Assembly: GCA_050950765.1 (NCBI GenBank)
Contig: JBMNIF010000001.1
Coordinates: forward strand, 179,619-243,618
Reading direction: 5' to 3'
Length of the DNA stretch: 64,000 nucleotides
Source of the DNA: Bdellovibrionota bacterium
GTDB taxonomy: Bacteria; Bdellovibrionota_C; UBA2361; JAAYZI01
The notes beneath the pieces were generated by a model that made no database searches, had not been told where the DNA came from, and worked only from the letters and a program-made list of their open reading frames with translations. This document shows, one piece after another, positions 51,402 to 60,720 of this stretch. Position 1 is the stretch's first letter, and each line of letters begins with the position of its first letter. A program made the translations under genes and the position numbers.

Positions 51402-52028
51402 TTAGAAATGGATCTGCTCCAGTGATAGGTTAGTCAAAGCAACCCCTTTTATGCAAGTGGCTATGGTGTAATTTGTTAAGTGATTGATGATCTGAAAGGT
51501 GCACTCTTTAAAATCTTTTTGAGGTGTCTCCAAGAGTGAGATCTGTTCTGAAAGGTTTATACAAAAAGAAGCGGGCGCTAAGTGGAATCCAGTACCTATA
51601 CACTTTAGATAGCTCTCTTTGAGAGTCCAAAATTTATAAAAAGTTTCAACACTTTTGTGGCTATTATAATATTCTAGCTCAAGAGGGTGTAAGATCTTGG
51701 CAGCGATACCGTCAAAATCTTTTATACCGTGTTTTTCAATATCACATCCGACCTCACTCTTAGCGCAGAGTAAAATAACGAAATCGCCGCTATGAGAGAG
51801 ATTGAAGTGAAGATCGCCTGAGATATACGGCTTGTTAAAATCGTTTTCTAAGATAGCGGCATCAGATCCGAAAAGGTGTTGTAAAAGTAAAGCTGCTGCC
51901 AGAGAACGTAATCTATCTTGCGGACGACGATAGCGCTGCATCTTTTGTAAACGTGCTGAAGATATTAAAGATGTATAAGACGCATCTTCAGAAAGGTCTC
52001 TTATATCAGTGTAATAAAGTGCAGGCAT
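51402..52028 (-). CDS. Sfp-type 4'-phosphopantetheinyl transferase
   Basis: NKPY, FNLSHSG, VGCDIE, FWTLKESYLKCIGTG. Confidence 0.9.
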   Translation of the reverse strand: MPALYYTDIRDLSEDASYTSLISSARLQKMQRYRRPQDRLRSLAAALLLQHLFGSDAAILENDFNKPYISGDLHFNLSHSGDFVILLCAKSEVGCDIEKHGIKDFDGIAAKILHPLELEYYNSHKSVETFYKFWTLKESYLKCIGTGFHLAPASFCINLSEQISLLETPQKDFKECTFQIINHLTNYTIATCIKGVALTNLSLEQIHF

Positions 52029-52163
52029 ATAGCGCTTAGGGAAAAATCTTTAAAATATAGAGTGCTTCCGTACTTTAAATTGAGACGGTGACCTTTGCAA
52101 TATCAACAAAGTGCTGGGGCGCACTACACAGTGTAAATATCAGAGCGCTAAAGTGCCTAAAAG

Positions 52164-52370
52164 TTAGGCTAAAATATCAAGAATCTCGTCTTCTGTCTCA
52201 GCTAACTTTTTTATAACAACTGCTTGAGCCTTGACGTTCGTTGTCTGAACTTTTACATCAACGATATTTTCTGCGCCTAGATCTCCTTTTGAGACTTTTT
52301 CTGCTGCTGTCGCAAGACGTGCCTCTGCTACTTGTAAACCTTTTAAAGCATTAGATAACGGGTCAATCAT
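52164..52370 (-). CDS. Small protein resembling flagellar rod/hook N- and C-terminal helices
   Basis: ALKGLQVAEARLATAAEKV and KAQAVVIKKLAETEDEILDILA resemble Flg_bbr_C-type termini. Confidence 0.5.
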   Translation of the reverse strand: MIDPLSNALKGLQVAEARLATAAEKVSKGDLGAENIVDVKVQTTNVKAQAVVIKKLAETEDEILDILA

Positions 52371-52477
52371 GCTTGGGATGATCGGTCAACGCTGAAAAAA
52401 GTTTAGCTTTTAAGGCTATTTTTTATTTAGGTTAATAATAAAAATCAGCCTAGAAGTTAAAAGATTAAAGAGAGAGA

Positions 52478-52810
52478 TTATTTAAACTCCATACGGAACT
52501 CTTTGCCGTGATCTTCAAAGCCGAGCTTCAGGTATAGCTCATGAACTTTAGGGCGAGCATAACGACTTGTTGCGAGGAGTTTATAGCAGTGACGCGCCTT
52601 TGCTTCTTCTATAATCTGTTTAACAAGGGTAGTTCCGATCCCTTGTCCTCGAAACTCTTCCTCTACAAAGACATCTTCAAGGAGTCCAAAAGGCTCAACG
52701 TGCAGGTCATTTGTCATTAAAAAGAGGGTGGCACGCCCCACCTCTTTCCCGTTTTCTAAGATAGCAATTCTGATCCCTTCTGCTTTAACAGGATCCTTTT
52801 TTATCTCCAT
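52478..52810 (-). CDS. GNAT-family acetyltransferase
   Basis: LEDVFVEEEFRGQGIG motif A, LYLKLGF. Confidence 0.88.
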   Translation of the reverse strand: MEIKKDPVKAEGIRIAILENGKEVGRATLFLMTNDLHVEPFGLLEDVFVEEEFRGQGIGTTLVKQIIEEAKARHCYKLLATSRYARPKVHELYLKLGFEDHGKEFRMEFK

Positions 52811-53025
52811 CGGAACACTCCTCCGCCTTTTAAAAACAATCCAAAAAAATAAAGGTATTAAATCTGCGTAGTTGTACTATATTTAAGGAAGCAATAAAAG
52901 TAACACTTAGGTTTATAAAGAGTAAAAGGGATTTTCTTTGAATAACTTTCTTTAAATCTATATAATTGCTTTATCTTTGTAGAGTGGAAGAAGGTAAGGA
53001 ATTGTATTTGTAAAGGAGTTTAGCG

Positions 53026-53622
53026 ATGTTAAAGCAAGGTTCGCATAAACCGGCTGAAGGGGTGTCTGCTGAAGTGCCAGTACAACCGGCTGAAGGGGTG
53101 TCTTTAGAAAAAGCTAGTCTTTTTGTCGCGGAGGTCGAAGGATATAGAGATGGGGAAGAAGTGGTGAAGTACCCTTGTTTAAAAAATGAGGACTACTATC
53201 AGGCTAAAACTACATCTCGATATCGGGGTGACATACTTGTAAATTTAAATACACAACTTGAAAAAATATCTGGATTAAAGCCTACGGGAGAAGTGTATTA
53301 TATCGATTGCACTCCTGTTAAGAGAGGAGATATCGACTTTCCTTCTTCTTGGGTACCAGTCCTTTCTTTAAATAAAATTGACGGATATCAAATTAATATT
53401 CCAGATAATAACGATGAAATGATCAGTTATTCTATGATTATCCAAAATACGGATTCGAACCGTATTGAGGAGATTTATAAAAATTTACTTAAAAAGTTAG
53501 CAGAAGGTAGCATTCTTGCAGATACTGTGAATGAGGTGGCGAAAGAGGTCTCGGAGACTGGAATCGAAACGGGAGTATCTGTTTATAATTCTAAATATGG
53601 AACTATTACTATCGTCAGATAA
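53026..53622 (+). CDS. Hypothetical protein
   Basis: 198-aa ORF with AAGGAG RBS; N-terminal PAEGVS duplication. Confidence 0.6.
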   Translation: MLKQGSHKPAEGVSAEVPVQPAEGVSLEKASLFVAEVEGYRDGEEVVKYPCLKNEDYYQAKTTSRYRGDILVNLNTQLEKISGLKPTGEVYYIDCTPVKRGDIDFPSSWVPVLSLNKIDGYQINIPDNNDEMISYSMIIQNTDSNRIEEIYKNLLKKLAEGSILADTVNEVAKEVSETGIETGVSVYNSKYGTITIVR

Positions 53623-53658
53623 AAAAGACACTTAACCATCCCTTATAAAGGTAAAAAA

Positions 53659-54204
53659 TTAAAGTCGTTTAATATATAAAATCAAGGTATTGCCGTACCG
53701 TTTTTGTCTGGATTCTGCAAAATTAGAGCAGTTAAGTGGTTTGTATTCACGGGGATCGATCTGAATAACGAGCTCTCCGTCAGGATTAAGTAGGGTAGGC
53801 TTAGCATCGACCTCAGATAAAGCTTTAAGCCAGAGCTCTTTATATTGTGGCGGTGCAACGTAAATAATATCAAAAGTTTTTTCTGTGGTGCGTAAGTAAC
53901 GAAAGGCATCAATACGGTGTATCTCCGCTTGTGCAATAAGCTTAGTAGTCTCAAGATTTTTTTTGATAATCTCGCAAGCTTTATGGTTCATCTCTGTAAA
54001 GGTGCAATAGGCAGCACCTTGACTTAAAGCTTCGATACCGATCTGTCCTGTTCCTGCAAAAAGATCTAAAAAAATTGTATCTGCTAAGGTAGGGCGTAGC
54101 GTATCAAAGAGCGCCGTTTTTACACGATTTAAGATCGGTCTGGTGCCATCACCTGGAACTGCCAAGAGTTTTCTGCCTTTTGCTTTTCCGGCTATAACGT
54201 GCAT
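53659..54204 (-). CDS. rsmD: 16S rRNA m2G966 methyltransferase
   Basis: VIAGKAKGRKL, LDLFAGTGQIGIEALSQGA, RYGNT. Confidence 0.9.
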   Translation of the reverse strand: MHVIAGKAKGRKLLAVPGDGTRPILNRVKTALFDTLRPTLADTIFLDLFAGTGQIGIEALSQGAAYCTFTEMNHKACEIIKKNLETTKLIAQAEIHRIDAFRYLRTTEKTFDIIYVAPPQYKELWLKALSEVDAKPTLLNPDGELVIQIDPREYKPLNCSNFAESRQKRYGNTLILYIKRL

Positions 54205-54434
54205 AATAATTAAACTCCTTTCGAGGTTTAAGTAATGTAATATCAGTGCTTGCCTCTTTTATTTAACCTTGAACCGTTAACTATAACTGAGATTTTAAAC
54301 TCTTTAAAGCGGCTGATCCCGTTTGTGGTGCGTTGCCGCTATACTGTTTAAATAAATATATCTTAACCCTAAAGGAAAGGTTCAAAACTTGAGGTTGGAA
54401 TAATTTTTATAAATATTAAGGTGTAAATAGAACG

Positions 54435-55205
54435 GTGCCTAAAGTCAGAACGCAGATTTTTGAAGAAAGTGTTGAAGATCCAGAAGTGGGGGGCTTGCTG
54501 AAAGTATCGGAAGAGAATCTGCACCATTTGCGGGATGTATTACGGGTAAAAAATGGGGATCTGTTAAAGATAGTTATTAATTCTAAAGAGGTGGCTTTAG
54601 CTGAGGTCATTCTTGAAAAAAAGCGGATCTATGCCAAAATTTCCGAAATAAAAGAGATTGAGCGTGTTATCAATCCGATTACTACCCTCTGTTTTGCTGT
54701 GTGTAAATCTGCACAAAATGAGTTGGTTGCTGAAAAAGCTACTGAATTAGGGGTTGAAAACATTCTTTTTTGGAGATCTGAACATACAGGGATTAAGGTT
54801 AACGAAAAAGAGTTCGCTGCAAAAACGGTGCGGCTTAAAAAAATAGCAGAGGGGGCAGCACGACAATCCAAGCAACTTTTTATCCCGCAGATCTTTATGA
54901 AGAATAGTTTATCAGAGGCGCTCTCTTTTGTGCAAAGTTCTTATGGAGGGGTCTTAATTTATGCTGCTTTAGAGGATAACGCTCGTTACGTTCATCAAAT
55001 AGAAGCTCTGAAAAATGGGTTAGATCAGCAGCTGCACATCTTTATCGGGCCGGAAGGCGGTTTCTCTGAGAGAGAAAGAGATTTTTTGCAAAAAACGGCG
55101 TTGCCGCTCTCTTTAGGGAGTTCCGTTTTAAAAGCGGAGACTGCTGCTATTGTAGCGATCAGTCAGCTACAAGCTTTTTGTCGTATCTCTGAGACCTCTT
55201 TGTGA
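54435..55205 (+). CDS. rsmE: 16S rRNA m3U1498 methyltransferase
   Basis: HHLRDVLR, KATELGV, AARQS, FIGPEGGFS, LKAETAA. Confidence 0.93.
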   Translation: MPKVRTQIFEESVEDPEVGGLLKVSEENLHHLRDVLRVKNGDLLKIVINSKEVALAEVILEKKRIYAKISEIKEIERVINPITTLCFAVCKSAQNELVAEKATELGVENILFWRSEHTGIKVNEKEFAAKTVRLKKIAEGAARQSKQLFIPQIFMKNSLSEALSFVQSSYGGVLIYAALEDNARYVHQIEALKNGLDQQLHIFIGPEGGFSERERDFLQKTALPLSLGSSVLKAETAAIVAISQLQAFCRISETSL

Positions 55206-55859
55206 TGTGGTGTCAGGAGTAAAATTAAAAAGTGAGAGAAAGTTTTTAATGATAAGGTTTTCTACTTCAGAGAAATCTACCGCACGGTCTGTTTCTTCTG
55301 AGATTGAAGTCATCTGAATATCGTTAAAGCCGCACGGATTGATCAACTTAAATTTATCAGATGCTTTAACGTTTAAGGCAAAGCCGTGTAGGGTACACCA
55401 CTTTGAGATGCGTACACCGATAGAAGATATTTTTTTACTCTCTGAAAGCCAGACCCCTGTGCGATCTTTTAAACGGATGCCGTTAATGTTGAAGGCAGCT
55501 AGCGTTCTTATTACTGTCTCTTCAAGGTTATAAATATAACGATGCACACCACGTTGCTGTAACTTTTCAAGGTTAATGATGGGGTAGCAAACGATCTGCT
55601 CCGGTGTGTGTAGTGTAATATCACCGCCACGTTCAATCTTTATAACCTCTATGCCGAGAGTTTTTAAGGTTTCGTTTGTGACGAGGATGTTTTTTGTATC
55701 ACCACGTCGTCCCAATGTTATGATAGGGTTGTGGCGGCATAAGATAAGGGTATTGAAATCTATGCCGCGCATTAAATCTGCTTGAAGGCGACGTTGAAGT
55801 TGTAAGACGGTAGTGTAATCTGTCAGCCCCAACTGTTTAATAACGAGATTATTTAACAA
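55167..55859 (-). CDS. lipB: Octanoyltransferase
   Basis: HNPIITLGR, ERGGDITLH, KISSIG, HGFALN, INPCG. Confidence 0.93.
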   Translation of the reverse strand: MLNNLVIKQLGLTDYTTVLQLQRRLQADLMRGIDFNTLILCRHNPIITLGRRGDTKNILVTNETLKTLGIEVIKIERGGDITLHTPEQIVCYPIINLEKLQQRGVHRYIYNLEETVIRTLAAFNINGIRLKDRTGVWLSESKKISSIGVRISKWCTLHGFALNVKASDKFKLINPCGFNDIQMTSISEETDRAVDFSEVENLIIKNFLSLFNFTPDTTSQRGLRDTTKSL

Positions 55860-55869
55860 ACCTATCCCT

Positions 55870-57261
55870 TTATGAATTGATCGGTCGCTTTAAAGCTACG
55901 GCAGCAGCCTCCGAAAGAGCTTCAGAAAGGGTGGGGTGAGCATGAATACTGTTTAAGAGGTCTTGAGCCGTGCCGTTTGCCGTACGAACTTGACACGCTT
56001 CTGCGATTAACTCCGCTGCTTGCGGGTGTAAGATATGCACGCCTAAGATAGTATTATCTTTAGGAGACGTTAATAGCTTTACGAACCCTTCTGTTTCTGC
56101 CGTAGCTTGAGCTTTACCGATGGCTAAGAAGGGGATCTTCGAGACGGTATATTCGAGACCGGCTTCTTGCAATTTACCCTCCGTTAAACCGACGGATGCC
56201 ACCTGTGGTCTGCAATATGAGCACGCTGGAATATTGTCATAGTGCATCACTGCATCCATGCCAGAAGCGACTTCTGCAGCAACTAGCCCTTCGTGAGCGG
56301 CTTTGTGTGCTAGTAGTGGCGGCTTCGTGATATCACCGATAGCATAACAGTGCGGAAGAGAGGTTTGCATCTTTTCATTTACGGGGATGAAGCCGTTTGA
56401 GAGGGAAAGTCCGACCTCCTCCAATCCGATCTCTTCAGTGTTTGGAACAACGCCTATCGCTAAGAGACAACTATCACCTACCCAAGAGATGTCTTCAGTT
56501 GGAGTGGATATCATCGCTGTAACGGTATCTTTCGTGCGTTTTATAGCACTAACCTTTGAAGCTGTTTTGATAATCATACCACGACGGGTAAGGATCTTTT
56601 GTAGCTCCGCAGCGATCTCGCTATCATCAAGGGGTAAGATCTGATCCAGCATTTCAACCAATGTAACTTTTACGCCGAGGGTACTGAAAAAATAAGCGAG
56701 CTCAACACCGATCGCTCCCGAACCGATTACAAGAAGGCTTTCCGGCAACTTCTTTAAGGCTAGAATAGTGCGTGATGTGTGTAAGACCTCTCCGTCAGGT
56801 TCAAAGTTTGGCATAAGGCGAGGGCGTGCGCCCGTTGCAAGGATAACGTCGGTATAAGCCAGCTCAGTAAGGGAGGAGTCGGCGGAAGGTTGAAGTAAGA
56901 CCTTATTTTGAGGGGCAAGTTTTGCAAAGCCTGTAATGACCTCGATATTATTCTTCTTCATTAAGAAATCGACACCACGTCCGATTGTTTGAGTAACTTG
57001 ACGAGATCTTTCGATGATGCGTGGGAAGTCAACTTCAAAGCCTGAAACTTTAATCCCGAAACGGGAAGCGTTTTTTATCTCCGTTAAAAGTTCAGCTGAT
57101 TTTAAAAGAGCTTTTGATGGGATGCAGCCCCAGTTAAGGCAGGTGCCACCTAAGAGGTCTTTTTCAATTAAGGTAACTTTACGTCCGAGTTGAGAAGCAC
57201 GAATGGCAGCAGTGTATCCAGCAGGACCAGCTCCGATAATAACTAAATCTTTAATCTCCAT
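55870..57261 (-). CDS. lpdA: Dihydrolipoamide dehydrogenase
   Basis: IGAGPAGY, GGTCLNWGCIPSK redox disulfide, GSGAIG, HAHPTLSE. Confidence 0.95.
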   Translation of the reverse strand: MEIKDLVIIGAGPAGYTAAIRASQLGRKVTLIEKDLLGGTCLNWGCIPSKALLKSAELLTEIKNASRFGIKVSGFEVDFPRIIERSRQVTQTIGRGVDFLMKKNNIEVITGFAKLAPQNKVLLQPSADSSLTELAYTDVILATGARPRLMPNFEPDGEVLHTSRTILALKKLPESLLVIGSGAIGVELAYFFSTLGVKVTLVEMLDQILPLDDSEIAAELQKILTRRGMIIKTASKVSAIKRTKDTVTAMISTPTEDISWVGDSCLLAIGVVPNTEEIGLEEVGLSLSNGFIPVNEKMQTSLPHCYAIGDITKPPLLAHKAAHEGLVAAEVASGMDAVMHYDNIPACSYCRPQVASVGLTEGKLQEAGLEYTVSKIPFLAIGKAQATAETEGFVKLLTSPKDNTILGVHILHPQAAELIAEACQVRTANGTAQDLLNSIHAHPTLSEALSEAAAVALKRPINS

Positions 57262-57454
57262 AACCCACCCCATAATTAATAAAAATGATAAAATATAGAG
57301 TCACAGATAATATAGAATAAAATAAGAGGAAAGAACAAAAAAGAGATATTTAGTAGGTTAGATAGAATTTAAAGACTAGCTAATTAACGGATTACCCTCC
57401 TTTACTTTAAAAAAACCTTAAACAGAAGCTTAAAGTGATCTTTACTTACAGGTA

Positions 57455-57494
57455 AAAACAACGGGGGAAAACGGTGCTCCCTTTTTCCCCCGTT
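57455..57494 (-). terminator. Rho-independent terminator-like hairpin downstream of the 871-aa ORF
   Basis: Perfect 12-bp stem AACGGGGGAAAA (57460-71) / TTTTCCCCCGTT (57483-94), 11-nt loop, followed by GTTTTT on the minus strand. Confidence 0.65.
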
Positions 57495-57618
57495 AGTTTC
57501 AAGGATAGGTATACCTTTCTTTTACGCCCTTTTTAAGGGAAAGGCAGAGCTATATGACATACCTTTTTCCCCCGTTAGCTTCAAGGATAAGTATACCTTT
57601 CTTTTACGCCCCTTTTAG
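57480..57618 (+). repeat. Two about 56-bp direct repeats, 82-bp period
   Basis: CCTTTTTCCCCCGTTAG(T/C)TTCAAGGATA(G/A)GTATACCTTTCTTTTACGCCC at 57480 and 57562. Confidence 0.9.
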
Positions 57619-57627
57619 ATCGATCGT

Positions 57628-60243
57628 TTAATTGCGGTTAGGGCGAGTTAGTTTTCTTTGTCCTTCAATCTTTTCAAGACCGTGTTCTACAGCGGTGCGT
57701 GCCGTCCTAGAGAAATTATTTTCATTAAATTTATCGACAATAAAGGGTTGAGCGTATATGTCGTTGCCAACTTTTAAGAAAGCCACTAGGCGTACCTCAT
57801 CTCCGTTTGAATTAGGTATGTCTTTGACGACTTTATCGGTGAAAGCTATACTAGTTATCGTTATACTTCTTTCTTCTTCTAATTTTTTGGCATAAGCCTC
57901 AAATTCTCTCGGAATAATAAAATCGTGAGGCGGTCTACCTTGCTGTTTATCCCATTCATTTGGAAATGGAATAAATTGGAGTTCATACTGCCTGCCATTG
58001 AATTTCTTTAACGGGTTGTCATTAGGGCGTTCCTTTAAATTTATAGGTCCAGCGCTACCTTCTGGTATAGCATTTCCACGACCAATCACCTTTTCTACTT
58101 CGTGACAGAGAGAGCGATAACCTCCTGTTAATCGAATTCGCCCGACCCCGTCGAAAGAGATATAATCTTTAAGTTCTAGCGCGTACTCAACATTGGTACC
58201 ATTGTCACCATTGGTACCGACCTCAAAGACGATAAGTGCTCCCCTACCATCTTCACTTACTCCAAAATCTGTAATATTAATAGAGGGAAGATTTTTTTCT
58301 TTTGCAAATCTATGTAATTCCTTATTTGCGTTTATAATATGATCCCTCAATGCAGGTGCATCTGCGTAGGAGTGAAAGTGTTCATTTACATACTTATAGC
58401 CATTTTCGTCATAACGAAATAGATTATCAACACCAGCCTTACCTGTAGCTAGAGTAAATGGTTTTTGAAGATTAGGATTGTTCGCAAGTCTATCTACTTT
58501 AGCGATTTTTTCTTTAAGCTTTTCTATTATTTCTGGATTAGGTATTTTACGACCAAGATGATCTTCTACCACTAAATTATTAATAAGTTCTGTTTTATCT
58601 TGGGCGTTAAATTCAAGGGAGATCTTGTGAGAGTTGCGAGAGGTGTTAGAACTTGTGCAATAAAAGGTTATAGAAGAAAGTTCAGAAGGGCTTTCTGATA
58701 CTGTTACCGAAGCAACACCAAATCTATCCCCCAAATCTTTTTGACCTCGTATAAAAGCATCGACTATATCACGCTCTGCTCTTGAAAGCTCGTCAACTGT
58801 AAATACTCCTGTTATTGCTCGGACTGAGCCATCTTTTTTCGGTTCAACTGGTACTCCGTTAAGTCCTTTTTGTGATGATGCTTCGATTAGCCTTCCTTCT
58901 TTTATGTGGCTCCTAAATTGATCTAGTGCATCGGGATAAGGGTTTTTGTTCGGATCTGCAATGATTCGTTCAGAATGGTATTGTTGTCTGTAAGGACCAG
59001 CTTCGCCCCTTGCAATAAAATCAAATGAGTGGGCAGTTGCTGATTCATCGGTGACGGATCTAACGCGTTTAATATCAAAAGTAATTTCTTTGCCATCGGC
59101 GTTTTGTGTAGTGAAATTTTTAATTTGTTGTTCTTTGGGGATGTTATCCATCTCTTCAAAGTTTGATGGAAGTTGACATTCTTTTAATTCCCCTTTCCCC
59201 ATAGCTGTAATAAATTCTTGTTGAATTTTGGTAATATCAGTTTCAAATGTTTTAAATTCATAACAGTGAGTAGGTGCTTTTCGAGTTTCATATTTGACTT
59301 TTCCTCCTGACCTAGCGGCTGCTTGATTCTTCCTAAAATTGTCTAACCCAACACTTCTTTTTTCTTCTTTGGTAGGACCAACTTCTACATAATAAGTGGT
59401 CATAGGCATAGTAACTTCTTTTTCGTTGCATAGAAGTTCGACAATTTGATGATTTTCGTAGGTTTTAAAGTTAAGCTCTTCTAAACGGTCTGTAGAATCA
59501 TGTCGTGTTATTTCTGATTCCCCGACATTGACATTATTTCCAGCAACAGCGCTACTTGGGGCGGGTTTAGCGCTAGTGACGACTTCTGTATCTTTTGGAA
59601 GTCCTCCTTTTTCTGCTACCTTCCATCTCCCTGTGCTTATATTCTTCTGAAACTCCTCAAATGCAGCAGCAAGACCTTCTTTGCCTGGTTTGCCAGAAAC
59701 TGTGCGGATGGTGTGGTATAGTTTCCCATCAGATCCCATCTTTTCAATAGAGAAGGTATATTCACGAGATTCTTCATTCCATGTAACTGTAAAAGAAGTA
59801 AGCTTTGCCCTTGGGTCTCTCCTGTGAAGTATATCAGCAATTATTTTTGTCTGTTCTTTTGTTGCTAAATTTGGGGAGGTGTTTGTAACAGAGGCAGAGG
59901 CATCTTGTGCAGCCGTTGAAGTAGGATGAATAAGAGGATCCACATCAGAAGGAAGGTTGGGAATGTTTGCAAAACGATTTAGATCTTTTTTTAATGCCAT
60001 GCTAGTAGCCGCAGGCTGATCTTGGTTCCTAGACGTAATAGGTTGATTAAGTGCAGCCATTACTGAAGAAGGGAAAAAAGAGCTGGCAATGACAACTCCG
60101 TTTGCAAAATGGTGGAGAGACCCATTATCAGGATCGAGACGTTCTTGATCAAGTTTGATTCCTTCCTGAGCTATTTGTTGAACATTTTTACCAGCTGCCG
60201 AACTTTTTGTTGTTCCAACTCCGTTGTCCCTGTTTGCAAACAT
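57628..60243 (-). CDS. Large hypothetical protein (871 aa), no recognised domain
   Basis: Long uninterrupted ORF with GGAGA RBS and downstream terminator; Ser/Thr/Ala/Gln-rich N-terminus. Confidence 0.75.
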   Translation of the reverse strand: MFANRDNGVGTTKSSAAGKNVQQIAQEGIKLDQERLDPDNGSLHHFANGVVIASSFFPSSVMAALNQPITSRNQDQPAATSMALKKDLNRFANIPNLPSDVDPLIHPTSTAAQDASASVTNTSPNLATKEQTKIIADILHRRDPRAKLTSFTVTWNEESREYTFSIEKMGSDGKLYHTIRTVSGKPGKEGLAAAFEEFQKNISTGRWKVAEKGGLPKDTEVVTSAKPAPSSAVAGNNVNVGESEITRHDSTDRLEELNFKTYENHQIVELLCNEKEVTMPMTTYYVEVGPTKEEKRSVGLDNFRKNQAAARSGGKVKYETRKAPTHCYEFKTFETDITKIQQEFITAMGKGELKECQLPSNFEEMDNIPKEQQIKNFTTQNADGKEITFDIKRVRSVTDESATAHSFDFIARGEAGPYRQQYHSERIIADPNKNPYPDALDQFRSHIKEGRLIEASSQKGLNGVPVEPKKDGSVRAITGVFTVDELSRAERDIVDAFIRGQKDLGDRFGVASVTVSESPSELSSITFYCTSSNTSRNSHKISLEFNAQDKTELINNLVVEDHLGRKIPNPEIIEKLKEKIAKVDRLANNPNLQKPFTLATGKAGVDNLFRYDENGYKYVNEHFHSYADAPALRDHIINANKELHRFAKEKNLPSINITDFGVSEDGRGALIVFEVGTNGDNGTNVEYALELKDYISFDGVGRIRLTGGYRSLCHEVEKVIGRGNAIPEGSAGPINLKERPNDNPLKKFNGRQYELQFIPFPNEWDKQQGRPPHDFIIPREFEAYAKKLEEERSITITSIAFTDKVVKDIPNSNGDEVRLVAFLKVGNDIYAQPFIVDKFNENNFSRTARTAVEHGLEKIEGQRKLTRPNRN

Positions 60244-60720
60244 AACTAAAAATCTCCAATAAAACTTCTTACTCCTCTAAAAGTTTTTTTAGAATTAAGT
60301 CTGCACCTTAAAAACTTATAAAGGGCTTAGAGATCTGTATTTTATAAAAAACTTTGCTTAAGAGGTTTTAGGTAGTAGAAGTATTAAAATTAAGTAAAGG
60401 GCTTCTTAGGCACCGCTGTTACCCTTCCAACCTAAAAACCATAAAAAAAATATGAGGCTCCCTCTTAAAAATAAAATATCCAAGTACATATCAAAGTTAA
60501 GAAGAGAAATGCTGCTGTTTTTCTGATACCTAATTTAATGATAAGTTAGGGGCGCATAAATTATCTTTAATATTCAAAGGGTTATGTAAAAAATTAAAAG
60601 CTGTTTTGTAAAAAATAAAATTGGTCTGAACCTTGCATAGCTAAGAAGAGAGTCAAAACTTTAGGACACTTAAGAGAGAAGAAGTTGTATTAACGAAGAT
60701 AGTGCTAAACGAGTTGTTTT

